From Octopus sinensis (taxonomy: Eukaryota): 64,000 bases of DNA. Position 1 is the stretch's first letter; each line of letters begins with the position of its first letter. This document shows positions 36,229 through 49,674 of this stretch, in pieces. Under the pieces are notes generated by a model, which was given only the letters and a program-made list of their open reading frames with translations, searched no databases and was not told the DNA's origin. The position numbers were made by a program, and so were the translations under genes. The DNA is taken from positions 9,055-73,054 of the forward strand of contig NW_021832548.1 of assembly GCF_006345805.1 (NCBI RefSeq), in the 5' to 3' direction.

Positions 36229-38750
36229 AAATAATGGATATGTATGTATATATCTACATATAAATAAATAAATGAATAAATAAATAGATAAATACCATAG
36301 AATACAAATTAAGATAAATACAAAGGTAAACCTAATATATAGTACTGCTAATATGTATATATCCACATATACATAAATGAATAGATAGATAGATAAATAA
36401 CATAAAATAAAATGAAAAATATACATTGAAATGAGTACATATATAAACTTAGTATACAGGCTACTATTATGTAAATATTTACCTATAGATAAATGAATAA
36501 ATAAATAGATAAATAACATAAAGTACAAATCAAGATGAGTACAATATAGACTAAATATATAAGACTGCTAATATGTATAAAGCCAAATGTAAGTAAATGA
36601 ATAGATTTATTAATAAATAACATTAGATACAAATTAAGATAAGTACAAAGATACACTAAATATACAATATATAAGGCTGCCAAATAAATACCTGCAAAAA
36701 CCCATATACTCATCCAAAACACACAATGTACATTCAATATAGACTCTCATTTATTACATATTAGTATTACAGTATCTAAAACCAGGTTCCCGAACTATGA
36801 TACTCATACACACTCAACAATTTTGGAAATCCCCATGAATATCATATTTCTGTGTATATACCAAAATATATATATTCATGCCACAGTGTATTTCCCTTAT
36901 AAACCAGGACAAAAAAAAACAAGAAACAAAAAACAATCAATACAGAACATATATATTTATATATATGTGTAGCTACAAAATTATAAATTTATAAGTTGCC
37001 TGTTTCAAATTGTAAAGACTACTAGTATAATCAGATATAGAGGAAAGTTAAAATATTACTAGTAGAAAAGCTAAGTTCTATTTAAATCTAGAGAAAGTGT
37101 ACGGTAGTTTATGAATGCAAAAAAAATTTTGCTCATTAATATTATTAATAATAGGCCTACCAGCTTTGATAATGAAAAAAATTTCTTTAATACATAGAGA
37201 GCATTTTTTATTTTTACTATTATATACAGGTGCAGAAGTTAGTATTTTCCAATTTAATTTAAAATCTAAGTTCTTACTTTTGAGTTCCCAAATATACGTA
37301 CTTAACCCCGTAGAGTACATCCTATTTTTATTTCTAAAAGTATATCTATGATAATTAAGTCTCTGTTTCATGCTATTCATAGTTGCTCCGATGTATACCC
37401 TACTGCTAAATTGTGTATCCACAGTGCATTGATAAACTACCTCTTTCTTGAGGCATTGATTACCAAACACACATTGATTTCTGTTTCTGAAATTACAGTT
37501 ATCAACAGGTTGGGGTAATCTAACATTGGCCAAAATTTCTGTAACACTATTCCCATTAATAGTGTTACAATTATTTTACTATCCAATCCCAAATTCAACG
37601 AATGATGGGATTTATCATTATTGGCGATATTCCTATCAATAGTAATAGTATTATTGTTAGTGTTATCATCTAATACATTAATATTTTTCCTTACAGGTAC
37701 GGTACCATCATAATTTGCAAGAGGGTTGTTCGCGTTAGCTCCAAAAGATATATTGTTCCTACGATTATAGAGAGGCAAATTACTATTATCTAAATTCAAC
37801 TTTCTATCATTATAGAAGTAATCCAGCTTCCTGTTATTAAATGAGATGATGGTGGCTAAATTATGTGTAATGCTATATCTTATTCTAACAGTTCCATTGT
37901 TAATTAATTGACCAAATTCATTCCTACCCTTAACAAAGTGCCTAAATATTACATTGTGCAAAGCTCTAACTATGTCTGTTTTTATCTGCAATGCATATGG
38001 GATTATCAGCCATAGTGTATCCTTATCAGTATTAGGGTTGCCTATCAAATTGTTATTTTTAGTAAAAACCTTGTTCCTCCTCCATCCCATATGTTTACTA
38101 TCCTTAACATTATCATTGTTATACCTATCATTATCAATATTACCATAATTATTGCGTAAATAAACTTTATTATTATCATACCTACCATTAGTTTTAATAT
38201 GCATATTATTAATATTACTACCATCACTTATGTGCGCTAATTTATTTAAACTAACGTCAACAGCTCCAAGATTACCAACACCTCTATAATTATCATAATC
38301 GTTTTTATATATCCTATTTTTCCTTGTCTTACAGTTATTATTGTTTGTCCTAAATCTATTGGCGTTGTTCTTAATGGTTCCACCTATATTTGAAGGATTA
38401 TCCTTGGGTATATACCATATTTTACTTTTGTAGCCTGCTTTCAGCAAGGCTGTATTATATCTATCACAATGCTTATTAAAAATGTCCCCGTTTGAGGATA
38501 GATAAGAGATTCTCTGATTAATGCTACGCACTAGTGATCTTTTAATTTGAGGGGGGTGATTGCTAGAACGGTTTATATATACTAAGTTAGAATTGGGTTT
38601 AATATAAGGTTCATGTATCCCATTAGTAAGGTTCCAATTGACATCCAAATAATTGGCAGAATAGTTTTCATTTTCAATAATTGTGGATAGGCCAAAACTT
38701 TTAAAATTTTATGTAGTCTTTTTTTCAGTATATCCAGTCTCGATGGTTGA

Positions 38751-38920
38751 TGATTGATTTAGGTATGTTTCTCCATTTTCTCATTTTGTATTATTAATTT
38801 ACGGTAATAATTTTACCTTTGCCCACATAATACAGTTGATTTAGGTATGTTTCTCCATCTTCTCATTTTGTATTATTAATTTACGGTAATAATTTTACCT
38901 TTACCCACATAATACAGTAG
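38751..38920 (+). repeat. Two tandem units of about 80 bp in the inverted PLE terminus
   Basis: GATTTAGGTATGTTTCTCCAT..TACCTTT(G/A)CCCACATAATACAG repeated twice. Confidence 0.85.
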
Positions 38921-39036
38921 ATGAATTAATTGCATCGCAATTTTTAACATTTATGTATTAGCTTTATTGGGTACTTCTCTAGCAGTATATTGGATATATG
39001 TTATCCCATGCAGGGTTGAATTTACAAACCCTATCT

Positions 39037-39073
<37 letters not shown>

Positions 39074-39076
<3 letters not shown>

Positions 39077-39432
39077 TTCATCTTTTGTCTTTTACTTACT
39101 TCAGTCATTAGACTGCAGTCATGCTGGGGCACCGTCATGAGATTTTAATCGATTGAATATACCCCACTAATTATAATTTAAGCCTGGTACATATTGTATC
39201 GGTCTCTTTTGTCACCTCCATCCTAAGTTACGGAGACGTAAACACACACACCCAGTTGTCAAGTGGCGATGGGGAGAAATACACCGACATACACACACAG
39301 ATATATATATACATATATACATAGATACACATATATATACATATATATGCGACAGGCTTCTTTCAGTTTCCGTCTACCAAATCCACTCACAAGGCTTTGC
39401 TCGACCTGAGGCTATAGTAGAAGACACTTGCT
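39074..39432 (-). mobile_element. CR1-tailed composite SINE (copy of 552-908)
   Basis: Reverse-complement match. Confidence 0.8.
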
Positions 39433-39434
39433 GA

Positions 39435-40510
39435 AGGTGTCACTATTAATCAAAAACAGCACATCATCTCTATACAGTCCACCTTTAATATCTGGAAATT
39501 TATTATTAAATAAAATAGAATGTATAGATCAGAATCAGCAGATCCCATGGTAATGTCAAAAACTCATTGCTACTTTTTCTTGCCAAGGACTTATTATCAA
39601 ATAAAATAAGAGATTTTTGAACTCCCAAACTTACTTTAATTTCTTTAAAATAAAGTTAGTTTTTTTTCTCTAGCAGATAAAAAGCATTATTAAGCTCAAC
39701 AGGATTAATAGAAGAATAATAGTTATTAATATATATCTGTATAAATTTACTTCTATTTTTATTATCCAGTCTAGCAACCAATAAATAGTTTCCTGTGTAT
39801 TAGACAAAAGTTCAAGTTTTATGTTTTTCTTGACTATATGTTTTTCTTAAGTATACACATATCAAGAAAATCTTTACTTAATGTACTCAGGTCAGATAAG
39901 CCTGGGAAAATTATTCTCACTTCAGAATAGAAAAAATGTTTTCCTTGTGATTTTTTAAGTTATCCTAGGCCTCATAGACACAAAAGTCTCTGTTCTATCA
40001 CCAAGGTCCTTGTCATTCATAATTTTCTTAGCATCTAAGTTAATGAACCTTAAAACTTTTTACTTACTACATTATAATTACTAGTAATCTCTTTCTTCAT
40101 TCATTCATGATATTTTAATAGATCCTAATCATATAAGTTTCATTGCTCCATAATCTATTTTTTTCTTTTAAGATCACATAGTAAAGAATTTGTTTCTTTA
40201 AATGTTCAATTTCCCGGAGGGAATATACAACAAATTTAATATTCTTGACAATATTCCATAAATCGTCTTCAAAAGCCTCCAAATGGCGGTATGGTGGTGG
40301 AAATTTCTTTGTCTCAAAGATCTTTTTAAAAAGTTCAGTATCTTCTTTATGAGGGTTATTTTCTTTTATAAAATCCTTTTCATGGTAAAAAGCCGCCCAA
40401 CGGATTCTATGAATCAATTCAAAAGTCTTATTAATCAGATCCTTCATGAATCCTTTCTAGGTGGAATAGGAAAGTCTTGTAAAGATAAGTGAATCGGTAA
40501 TTTCTCCATT
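39435..40510 (-). mobile_element. Degenerate Penelope-like element, N-terminus and RT
   Basis: ORF 40115-40447 (LINKTFELIHRIRWAAF..KKFPPP..FEDDLWNIVKNIKF), continuing into RT motifs. Confidence 0.78.
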
Positions 40511-41636
40511 GAGACCAGCGAAAATATGTATTAATATTGCTTAAATAATATACAAATATATTATTATAAATCAAACTAAGAAAAAGAACCATTTCAATCA
40601 ATATATAATAAACATTGATTTATGATGCTATTCTCCTCTAATAAACCAAGTAAATTTGTGTTACTTTCTTATTTACTAAAACTAAAGTTTATATTAATAC
40701 GAATAAATAAATTAGAACAATTATTATATATAATTATATAAAATTTTGAACAATTTTGCATATATGAATGTTTCTTGTAGACCCTATAAAATGTAGCATA
40801 TATCATCATATGTTCTTTCGAACTTGTATATACACATAAAAACTTATGTGTACACTACGGTAGTAGTTGAATAATATTCTTAACGTAGCTTTTTGTTGCA
40901 GTTGGCGTCTTCCAAGTAGTCTCACTAATTCACTTTTAATCCAAATCAAATTTAGTTTTTAAAAATTATGTTTGACTAGTGATAAGCTACATTTAGACAT
41001 AAAATACTTAAAGTCTGGTGCAGTAGAACAAAAGAGAAAAAGCGTATAGACCAAACTGGTTGACTGACGGGTAATAAAGCCCGACATCGACATTTTGAAT
41101 CCACACCATTCTTTTAATTTTGAACAAGAATTATTATATTGATATTAATATGAAAGGAATTGTTAAAGGAATATATTGGTAAAGGTTTCGTAAAATGTTA
41201 TCCATAGAAAAAAGTTATTATTTTATTCTCTCAATTTGTATCAAATTTTGCGTGATATTAAAGGGACTAGACATGTATGAACTAAACTATTTCTTAGTTG
41301 CACACACAACCAAAGATAAACGACAGCACAAATCAATACAAAGTGTTCTATTTATTTTCTTTAGTATAAATTACTTTTTATAAAAAATGAATTTTTTTGC
41401 TTAACTTTATGTAGTGTGGCTTTTTAACGTCCATTTTGAATAAATTATTTTAACAACAAGATTATTTGATAAAAATATAAAAATATTTTTATATTTTGTC
41501 TCTATGATCAGTATTCTATCATGTTGTAGGGCTGTTCAGAAAAGGCAAATGACAAAAATTCTAATATTTTAAGACACTTGCTTCACAGCTATACGGCTGG
41601 GAATTAAGCGTCCTACAGTGACTCCTAGAGAGAGAG

Positions 41637-41681
<45 letters not shown>

Positions 41682-41864
41682 GAGAGAGAAAAGGAGAGAG
41701 AGAGAGAGAGAGAATGAGGCAGAATGATGTCGATAAATAAATGCATAGATATGCATGCATATATACTAATGTATATGTATCAACCTATATATCTATATAT
41801 ATAAATCTGTCTCTCTCTTTCTATGTATGATATACATGTATGTATGTAGAATGTATGCATATAT

Positions 41865-41913
<49 letters not shown>

Positions 41914-42115
41914 TATATATATATGTACATATATTTATATGTATATATGTGTGTATGTGAGTGTGTGTGTATGTGTAAGTCCGTGTGTGTGTCCGTAAAT
42001 ACATACTTATGTATCAAGTTATTTTCAATTGAGACGTTAGAACCGTATTTAATACTTAAAGAGCCTAACTGAGTGCATGTGCATATATTTACCACATTGA
42101 TGACATCTATCACAG

Positions 42116-42183
42116 GTTTTTCCCATTGTGTTGATGAACTATTTTCTATGATTAATAAAACTGTCAGCATTTTGACGACACAG
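42116..42183 (+). other. Candidate upstream small exon of the Ig gene
   Basis: Acceptor TATCACAG and strong donor CAG|GTATGT; the open frame FSHCVDELFSMINKTVSILTTQ ends in phase 0, which does not match the phase-1 start of the Ig1 exon. Confidence 0.25.
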
Positions 42184-42430
42184 GTATGTTAGTATAATAA
42201 TAAATATCAAAAACTAACTGCAAAGTTTATATTGTGGATAGATGTAATCCGTATTCACAACAACCGTTATTTTAATTGGTTCTCTTTTCCTACTTCTGTC
42301 ATTCTTCTTCTTCTTCTTCTTTTCTTCTTCTTCTCTTCTTCTTCTTCTTCTTCTTCTTCTTCTTCTATAGTTACATTATATATTTTTTATAACATCTATC
42401 TCTGATTTATGTTTTTTTTTTTCTATACAG

Positions 42431-42765
42431 TTATTGAGATTGCAGATGTGTTACCTTCAAGCAATATTGATTTTGCAAACAGAACATTCTTAACTATAAA
42501 ATGTCGGTATGATGTAAAAAATTTTATTCAGTTTTTTCTCGTGCGAAATCACAGTGAAGTTATTGTTCAAATCGATTATCAAAAAAAGACAGGAATTTTT
42601 TTGAGGTAGTAACCAGGAAAAAGGGTTTTGACTGTACTCCACCTACATCCTCTCTAAGTAAGATAGGTGTGATTACCTGCACGAAACGTTATCCCTCTTG
42701 TGAGGATGCGACATACTACACATGTTCAACAAATGAAGAATCTTCAAAATCTAGACTTGTAAGAG
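42431..42765 (+). CDS. Ig V-set-like domain exon (Ig1), with a 1-nt frameshift in a T7 run
   Basis: Acceptor T-tract-CTATACAG and donor AG|GTAAGT; ORFs 42409-42609 and 42669-42914 join into ..LTIKC..IQFFLVRN..EDATYYTC..RLVR (DxxxYxC motif); adding 1 nt gives a 336-nt phase 1-1 exon; sequons NRT and NHS. Confidence 0.72.
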
Positions 42766-42864
42766 GTAAGTTTACTCGTTCTATTTTTACTTCCGTTTCT
42801 TTTTTTGCACGTATTCAACTCCATTGTCTTTATTTTTATTTCTATTGCGTGTTTCTATTGCACT

Positions 42865-43240
42865 ATCGAACACACAGTTTCATCCAATCAGGTCAATTGC
42901 CCAGGCCAGCCTGACTACCTCTCTCCATCGCTCCCGATCTTCCATTAGTGTTTTTAGGCCTTCAACTTGGCATCCAACATCTTCTGCAAGCTGTTGTATA
43001 TATGTCTTCCGTGGTCTTCCAGTCGCTGTGGTACCGTGATTTGGTGCCCACAACAACTCGTTACTCACAAGTTCTTCTTTACTTCTCCAGCAATGGTCAG
43101 CAAAACCCAACGTACGCTCTTAGATGATTGATGAGAAAGTTGATACATTCCCATATAACCTTTGTTTTGTTGGGTGCTCCCTCCATTAAATGTAGGGCAC
43201 TGCACGTAACATTCTGGTGTAGGTACCGTCCAGCATGCAC
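42865..43240 (-). mobile_element. RTE-type LINE 3' fragment
   Basis: LDGTYTRMLR..GFADHCWRSKEELVS..LLWAP..GRPRKTYIQQL..MEDRERWR. Confidence 0.85.
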
Positions 43241-43254
43241 TTAAGTCCCTCTCT

Positions 43255-44057
43255 TTCTTTTCTCTCTTTTACTTATTTCAGTCATTTGACAGCGGCCATG
43301 CTGGAGCACCGCCTTTAGTCGAGCAAATCGACCCCGGAACGTATTCTTTGTAAGCCCAGTACTTATTCTATCGGTCACTTTTGCCGAACCGCTAAGTGCA
43401 TGTCTGTATATGCATGCATGAATGTATGTAAATATGTTTGCGTATGTGAATATATATGTATCTATATTGTGTCCACATATTCATACATGCGCACGCACAC
43501 ACATACATACACGCACACAGACAATATATATAAATGCACACAAATACATGCTTATGTGTAAGTAAATATACACGTGTATGAATGTGTCATTCATCTGTTG
43601 TGGAGTTATTGCTAGTGACTTGGCCCCACACAGCCTTAGCACTGCTTACACAGTTAACCACTTCTAAGCAACAGTTCCCAAAGTCCAGGATTAACAATAA
43701 TTGGAGTGTTGTCAAATGTTTTAGTTTTGTATGAAGATTGTAGTTTACATTAGTGAAACTACTCTTTTATTGTGAGGCCCTTTGTTCGAAGATAAGCATA
43801 TTTCGATTCACTTAACTCTTTTTACTCTTTTACTTGTTTCAGTCATTTGACTGCGGCCATGCTGGAGCACCGCATTTCGTCGAGCAAATCGACCCCGGGA
43901 CTTATTCTTTTTAAGCCAAGTACATATTCTATCGGTATCTTTTGCAAGACCGCTAAGTGACGGGGACGTAAATAAAACAGCATCGGTTGTCAAGCAATGC
44001 TAGGGGGACAAATACCACACACACACACACACACACTCACACACACACACACACACA

Positions 44058-44130
<73 letters not shown>

Positions 44131-44295
44131 GATATACGACAGGCATCTTTAAGTTTCCGTCTACCAAATCCACTCACAAGGCATTGGTCGGCCCTTGGAT
44201 AGAGCAGAAGACACTTGCCCAAGATGCCACGCAGTGGGACCGAACCCGAACCATGGTGTTGGTTAGCAAGCTACTTACTACACAGCCACTCCTTC
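43255..44295 (-). mobile_element. CR1-tailed composite SINEs: partial copy 43255-43397 and full copy 43815-44295
   Basis: Same family as 14991-15385. Confidence 0.8.
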
Positions 44296-44336
44296 ACCTA
44301 TTCGTTTTTTTTTGTTTTTTTTTCTTTTCTTTTCAG

Positions 44337-44641
44337 TGAATCTTACATGAAGAAACTTGAATTTCTTAACCCGCCCGCTGAAGTAAACATGTTAGCGATC
44401 TTCAGATGTTCAGCATACATCGGTGCACCTTTTGGCGCTACTGACTTTTTATGGATTCATGAGACAAAACACCACAAATTGATAAATGTGAATAAAGTGC
44501 ATGTTCGACCTTATGGAAAGTGTTTATCTCCAGCAGTGTCACTTAATAAAATCGTTATAAGAGAGGGGGAAATTGGTAACTCAAGCATCTCATGTTCTGT
44601 ATACAATGTATCACGCACTCTACAGCTCACCAAAATAACAG
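44337..44641 (+). CDS. Ig (C2/I-set-like) domain exon (Ig2)
   Basis: Strong polypyrimidine acceptor, donor CAG|GTAAAC; open frame ESYMKKLEF..AIFRCSAYIGAPFGATDFLWIHE..GKCLSPAVS..SSISCSVYNVSRTLQLTKIT; Cys-Trp-Cys spacing typical of Ig folds; sequons NSS and NVS. Confidence 0.8.
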
Positions 44642-45249
44642 GTAAACAAATTTTCTTTGTGTTATCTTCCTTAACGCGCTTTATATATTCTTGTTCATTA
44701 ATATCTCCTGAAACAATATTTCTGGTTAAGTTACACCTTCCAGTAAATTTGTACATCCACTCACGGTTATATTGACAATTATGTTTATCCTTGACAGGTA
44801 TATCATTACGATTAACCAAATTTATATATTTGCTTTTTTAAGATTCTGGAGACATTTAGTTGATATAAGAAGCTGCATCCTTTAAATGCACTCTATATGA
44901 CATGGTTTGCATAAAGTCCTCCTTATGGCGGAAATTGTAGTGAAAAGGTCCGTACAGTATGGAAAAAGCGGACTTTCTCTTTATATATACATACACATGC
45001 ACGAACGCACGTACACACGTACCCACGCAGGGACGCACGCACACGCACACACACATGTATACACACATGCACACACTATACACACAATAGTAGAGAAATG
45101 GTGCACCCCGTCCCACGTGGCAAAGTGGTATGACTCAGCCACTATAAAGTCAGCAATCATTTGTTGTTTGGTCAGTCAGTAGTAGCAGAGTTGTTATTTC
45201 ATTTGCAGGCTAGTTAACATCTTGAATTTTTCTGTGATTTGAATTGTTT

Positions 45250-46400
45250 TTCACTGTGTTTGACTGTTTTGTGTCCGACAGCACTTCGTTTTGCTGCCTC
45301 AGGCGGCTTTGTTGACGCTTTCCTCCTTGTTTGAAAGGGGAGGCACGGTAATGGAGCGAGAACTGAAAAGGTTAGCTCTTCAGACTTGTCGTCCGAGGGG
45401 GAACTTGTTAAAAGTTTGAAAAGTTTGACGAGGCAATGGAGGCCAAGAACTCCAGGCGGTGAAAGATAAAAGTGAGGACGTATGCTTAGAAGAATTGAAT
45501 CAATTCAAGGAAATCTTTGAAATTGAGGGGAACGATGTAAAGGTGTCCCTTTCCAGTGAGACAACGGAACGAGTTAAAAGAAGAACCGTACTGTGCAGAA
45601 CTTACAGTTTGTAATTGCAGCGAACAGAGGTCGCAACCACAACACAGGTTGAAAAGGCATAGAGGAATTGAAGGAAGTGAATATGGAAGGAAGTGAATAT
45701 GGAAGGAAGTGAATATGGAAGGAAGTGAATTACCTTGCCAAAAGCAGAAGATAGACACGGAGAGGTGCTTTTTGCGTCGAAGTCTTGGGCCAGGTAGCAT
45801 TGCGTGACTCCCTTCAAAACGGGTGAAGTGGTCTTTCTAACCATTTACCTGGGAAGGCGTGCTTCTGGGGTAAGGGTAGAAGAGATATCTCCTTAGGTGG
45901 GTGTAGCCTGGCTGGTGGCCGCCATCCCGTTGGGAATGGCAGATAAGGTTGTGAGCTTCCAGGCCAAAAGTATACCACAAAGAAATTGGCACTAGAAATG
46001 ATAATCCAGGCCGCCGTGGGAGATTCAGAGAAGATGGTAGAAACCATCACATTTGGAGAGGATATAAAGCTGAGAGTCTTAGTGGAGAGCAGGACTCACT
46101 GTTGCTTTAAATGCGGTCAAAAGGGCACATAAAACAGGATACACTCTACCTGCCGCAAAGGAACCAACGAAAGAAAGCGCACCTCCACCGCTTGCGATGT
46201 CATGTGTGAGCAAAAAAGAACCGAAGAAGGAGGAAGATAATCAGGTGGCAGAGGAGAAACATGGATGGAATACGGCACCAAAGAAACGGAAGAGAGGGAA
46301 AAGAAGAAATCAAGGTGAAAATGTGAATTCCTACCCTACTCCCACCCTGCCCAACGCTGTCCCACCATTCCCCTGCAGTCACCAACAGCAAGTCAAAGAA
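45250..46400 (+). mobile_element. Tx1/L1-type LINE 5' region, ORF1 remnant with a zinc knuckle
   Basis: RRTVLCRTY.. and CFKCGQKGHIK (CCHC-like) in broken frames. Confidence 0.6.
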
Positions 46401-46699
46401 CAAGAACGACTATTTCTTTATTGCCCACAGGGGTTAAACATACAGGGGACGATATAAATGAGGGAGGAGTGGATAAAACGAATGATTTTACAAAAGATGA
46501 ATAGTTAAAAATTTACGTTAAGAATTTTTATAAATAGGATGATACCAAACAATAACCATACAATGAAGTGGAGGACGAGTTTCGCTTCGACCCCGCAAAC
46601 CCCGTGCCACCATTGTAACCCTTTTGTATAACCTTATTGATATACTATGCGGATTCTTCATTCTCAACAAAGTCGCTACAGCTTTCATCGTTTTCCGTA

Positions 46700-48225
46700 T
46701 AAATCAGGTGACAGGCATTTTATCTCCACCCTTATTTTTCCCTTAAGATGGTAGATGAGGAATTAACCAGTCCAAGGCTGGAGATGAAGTTGCCTCTCAC
46801 GATTCTTTTCACGTGGGTCTTCCATACTACTTCTTTCGGTATAGCGACCACAATGAGAAAACGAGCCATGCCTTCTTTGTTAAAAGAGGAAGCAGGAACA
46901 ATCTATACAATCGACGCGAAAGACAGCTGTACTCCTCCCAGCCGCGTCAGCGGGTGTTCAAGGTAAACCCACATTTCGGAAATTTTGGGTCATTGTACAA
47001 TCGCGTGCAGAACAGTTTCCCTGTCCTGCTCGCATCTTGGGCGCGCGAATTGGTAAGGCTCCTCAGTAACACTGCCAGGCGGAGAATCTTTGGAAGTTAT
47101 CCAAGGGTCCTGGCCCAAAGTCCTTCGGAACAGACAGGCTAGTTGACCATCATCGAAGCCTAGAATCTTCCCCCACATCGTCGTCACACTGAACCTCAAC
47201 CAACCCTCTATAAAAATACGAGGTGGAACCCCCTCCGCTGGCGTTGTCCATGTGACAGAGAAGCTTGAGTGCCTCACAACACTTCGCTTGCCAAGCACTC
47301 AACTATCGTCTACACTTGACCCAAGGTCCTAGTTCACCCAAACTAGTAAGCTTAGTAAATAACACACCGACCGAACGGAGACCACACCTGTTCACTATCC
47401 AGGTAGAGACACAGATAACTCAGCATCAGCGCACGTCTGCGAATCAACAGCCAAGACATCCCTTGCGCACCATTTAGCGGGTGCTGGCAGCAGACAGAGC
47501 GCTTTACAAGAGGACTTCTACTCCACAAAAAACGGAAGAGCAGCCCCTCTAAATTGATCAGCCACGAACGGGGGCAAGGCACGACGGTTAGGCGGTAGGT
47601 AATCACAGAAGCGATAAACACAACTGAGACCTCTGCCCTTCCTTTCAGGGAGAGCCGCTACTCAGACCTCGCTCCAATACTTTATCTGGAGATCTGGACA
47701 AAACTAAACCCCTAACATTTTAACCAGCCCCTCCTTCCAACGCCCTACAATGTTGTTGGGAGGTATCGTCTTGCCTTGCCAGGTGCCGAGTTGCAAGCCG
47801 ATTGACTTATTCCAGTTAACTTTTGCTCCTGCCTCATAGCCTTTAATAGCGTTGCCTACCCTCTGTAGGTGTACCATTTCGGACACTATGGTGGTGATGT
47901 CATTCGCATACGCCGAAACATTCCCACTGCAACCTAGATCTCGTGGGACGCAGTTTAATCTCTCCAACTTCCGCAGCAAGAACTCTAGAGCCAATACATA
48001 CAGAAGTGGGGAGAGAGGACACCTTTGACGAACAGAGTGCTTGATGTTGAACGGCTTCAAGAAGAACCCGTTCGCCCGAACGATGGAGTCAATGTTACTG
48101 TATAAAGCAATGATCCACCCTCTAAAGACGGGGCCGACCCCAAATGCTGTGAGGACCAACACCGGATACCGATGGTCAACCTTGTCAAAAGCTTTCGACT
48201 GGTTGAAATGGACCAGCACCCCACC
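46700..48225 (-). mobile_element. Tx1/L1-type LINE ORF2 remnant (RT and C-terminal Zn-binding region)
   Basis: QSKAFDKVDH, SVRQRCPLSPLLY, SAYANDIT, GAKVNWNKS and RCEQDRETVLHAIVQ. Confidence 0.85.
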
Positions 48226-48614
48226 CTTGCTAGGAAACTCGTTAACACGTGTTTTTACGCCAAACGGAATGTGCCGTTTATGGCGTTAGACCACGTGAAT
48301 AAAGTGCTGGAAAGATTATGTCTTGATAAAATTGAAAAAGTCGACCATATTAAGGCAAATTGCCCCCTTCTCGATAACCAAACACAAATGAGGGTGAGAC
48401 AGGAGGAAAGCAGTAGCAACGAGAAGCTGAAGGAAGATACAGAGGAGGAAAATACAGATGAAGTCCAAGAAACACTACGGGAAAAGTCTCCAAGAACTCC
48501 CCACCCTCTAAGAACGCTGAAAAAAGAAGACAAAGTAACTGAGTGACACACAAACGCCCACACAGCGACTAACACACGAAAATATATACCAGACAGTCCA
48601 AATATATACCAATA

Positions 48615-48880
48615 TATACCAGACTTGCGCGAGCCAACTTTTGATACCGAATGTTCAGGTTGCGCGAGTTGTATTCTCGACTTGCGCTTGTTGAGAAAAT
48701 GTTTATTATCCATGGTTGCATTGTATTGTCTGTTATCTTGTTATCTATTCATCATTTCAAATATACATAAAGTAAAAATAATTGTGTTTGAGTAATTGAT
48801 AACAGTATCTGGTACTCGACTATCGCGAATTTCGAATTGCGCGTCCCCCAATTACTCGCGCAAGTCGAGGAATCCCTGTA
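48615..48880. mobile_element. Tigger/pogo-like MITE
   Basis: Inverted GACTTGCGCGAG / CTCGCGCAAGTC; right end GAGGAATCCCTG-TA. Confidence 0.5.
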
Positions 48881-49674
48881 TACACACCACGTACATACAG
48901 TCCAGTAACACCAATAAATTATTCACAAGCACTCACAAACACTTCACGTAGTGACGGTACAGATTCACTAAGTGATTACGCACGGGCAGGCATACAAGCA
49001 GACACAAGAAACACAAAACAATGATAAAAACAGAGCATTTATAACACACTACTGGATGAATGCAGCCATAGAGGAAAAAATAGGGAAGATGACGGCAGTA
49101 ATTAGAGATATAGAAGAAGAAAACATGAGAGACCCAGGTATGGGATGAATTTTAATTGACAGGAAAAACTATAAAAAATTAAAAGCAAACTGTGGGGACG
49201 AAGTAAACCCATTAGGGGTAGAAATAAGACACGATCCTCTGCCTCCTGTGTTGGATTTCGAAAAACTGAAACCGCTTTCCATTTGCTAAGATAATTATTC
49301 GGATAAACGTTGGATTAAAAATAGTGTAATATATAGCTAAAATGGTACTACACGGAAGTGGGTTGGAGAGTAGCCATTAAATCTTCATTTTTATAGAATT
49401 TCATTTCATTCATCCGTTTATGTTGTTTGTCCCACTTGTGCTGTCTAGTCTGTCCTTGTTCGTCCCCTCTCTGTATGCCCTTGTAGGCAATAGAGAAACA
49501 AGGTCAGTCAGTAGTAGAGAAACATTTGGGGAGTTAAGTTGTATCATTTGCTGGCGTTATATTGTTGTTTAATTGTTGTAGTGTTCCTTGAACACTTAAG
49601 TTTGTGCTGTCTTGCGGCATTTTATATGTGATTTCCCTCCTCATAGAAGAAGGTAGACTGAATAAAAAGAAAAT

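Larger units (their letters stand above)
34344..39044 (-). mobile_element. 4.7-kb 5'-truncated Penelope-like element inserted in (TA)n
   Basis: RT C-terminus (NYLDVNWNLTNG..KPNSNLVYINRSSNHPP) in ORF 37437-38648; GIY-YIG in ORF 37078-37533 after a frameshift; long AT-rich 3' region; 47-nt inverted terminal copy; empty site at about 910-920. Confidence 0.92.

Noticed and set aside
41530-41615. Signal-peptide exon candidate (ATGACAAAAATTCTAATATTT)
   Set aside because: There is an in-frame stop after 7 codons and no good donor, so the gene's first coding exon remains unidentified.
45672-45730. 16-bp tandem repeat GGAAGTGAATATGGAA x3.7
   Set aside because: This is local slippage inside a LINE ORF1 remnant and has no sign of function.
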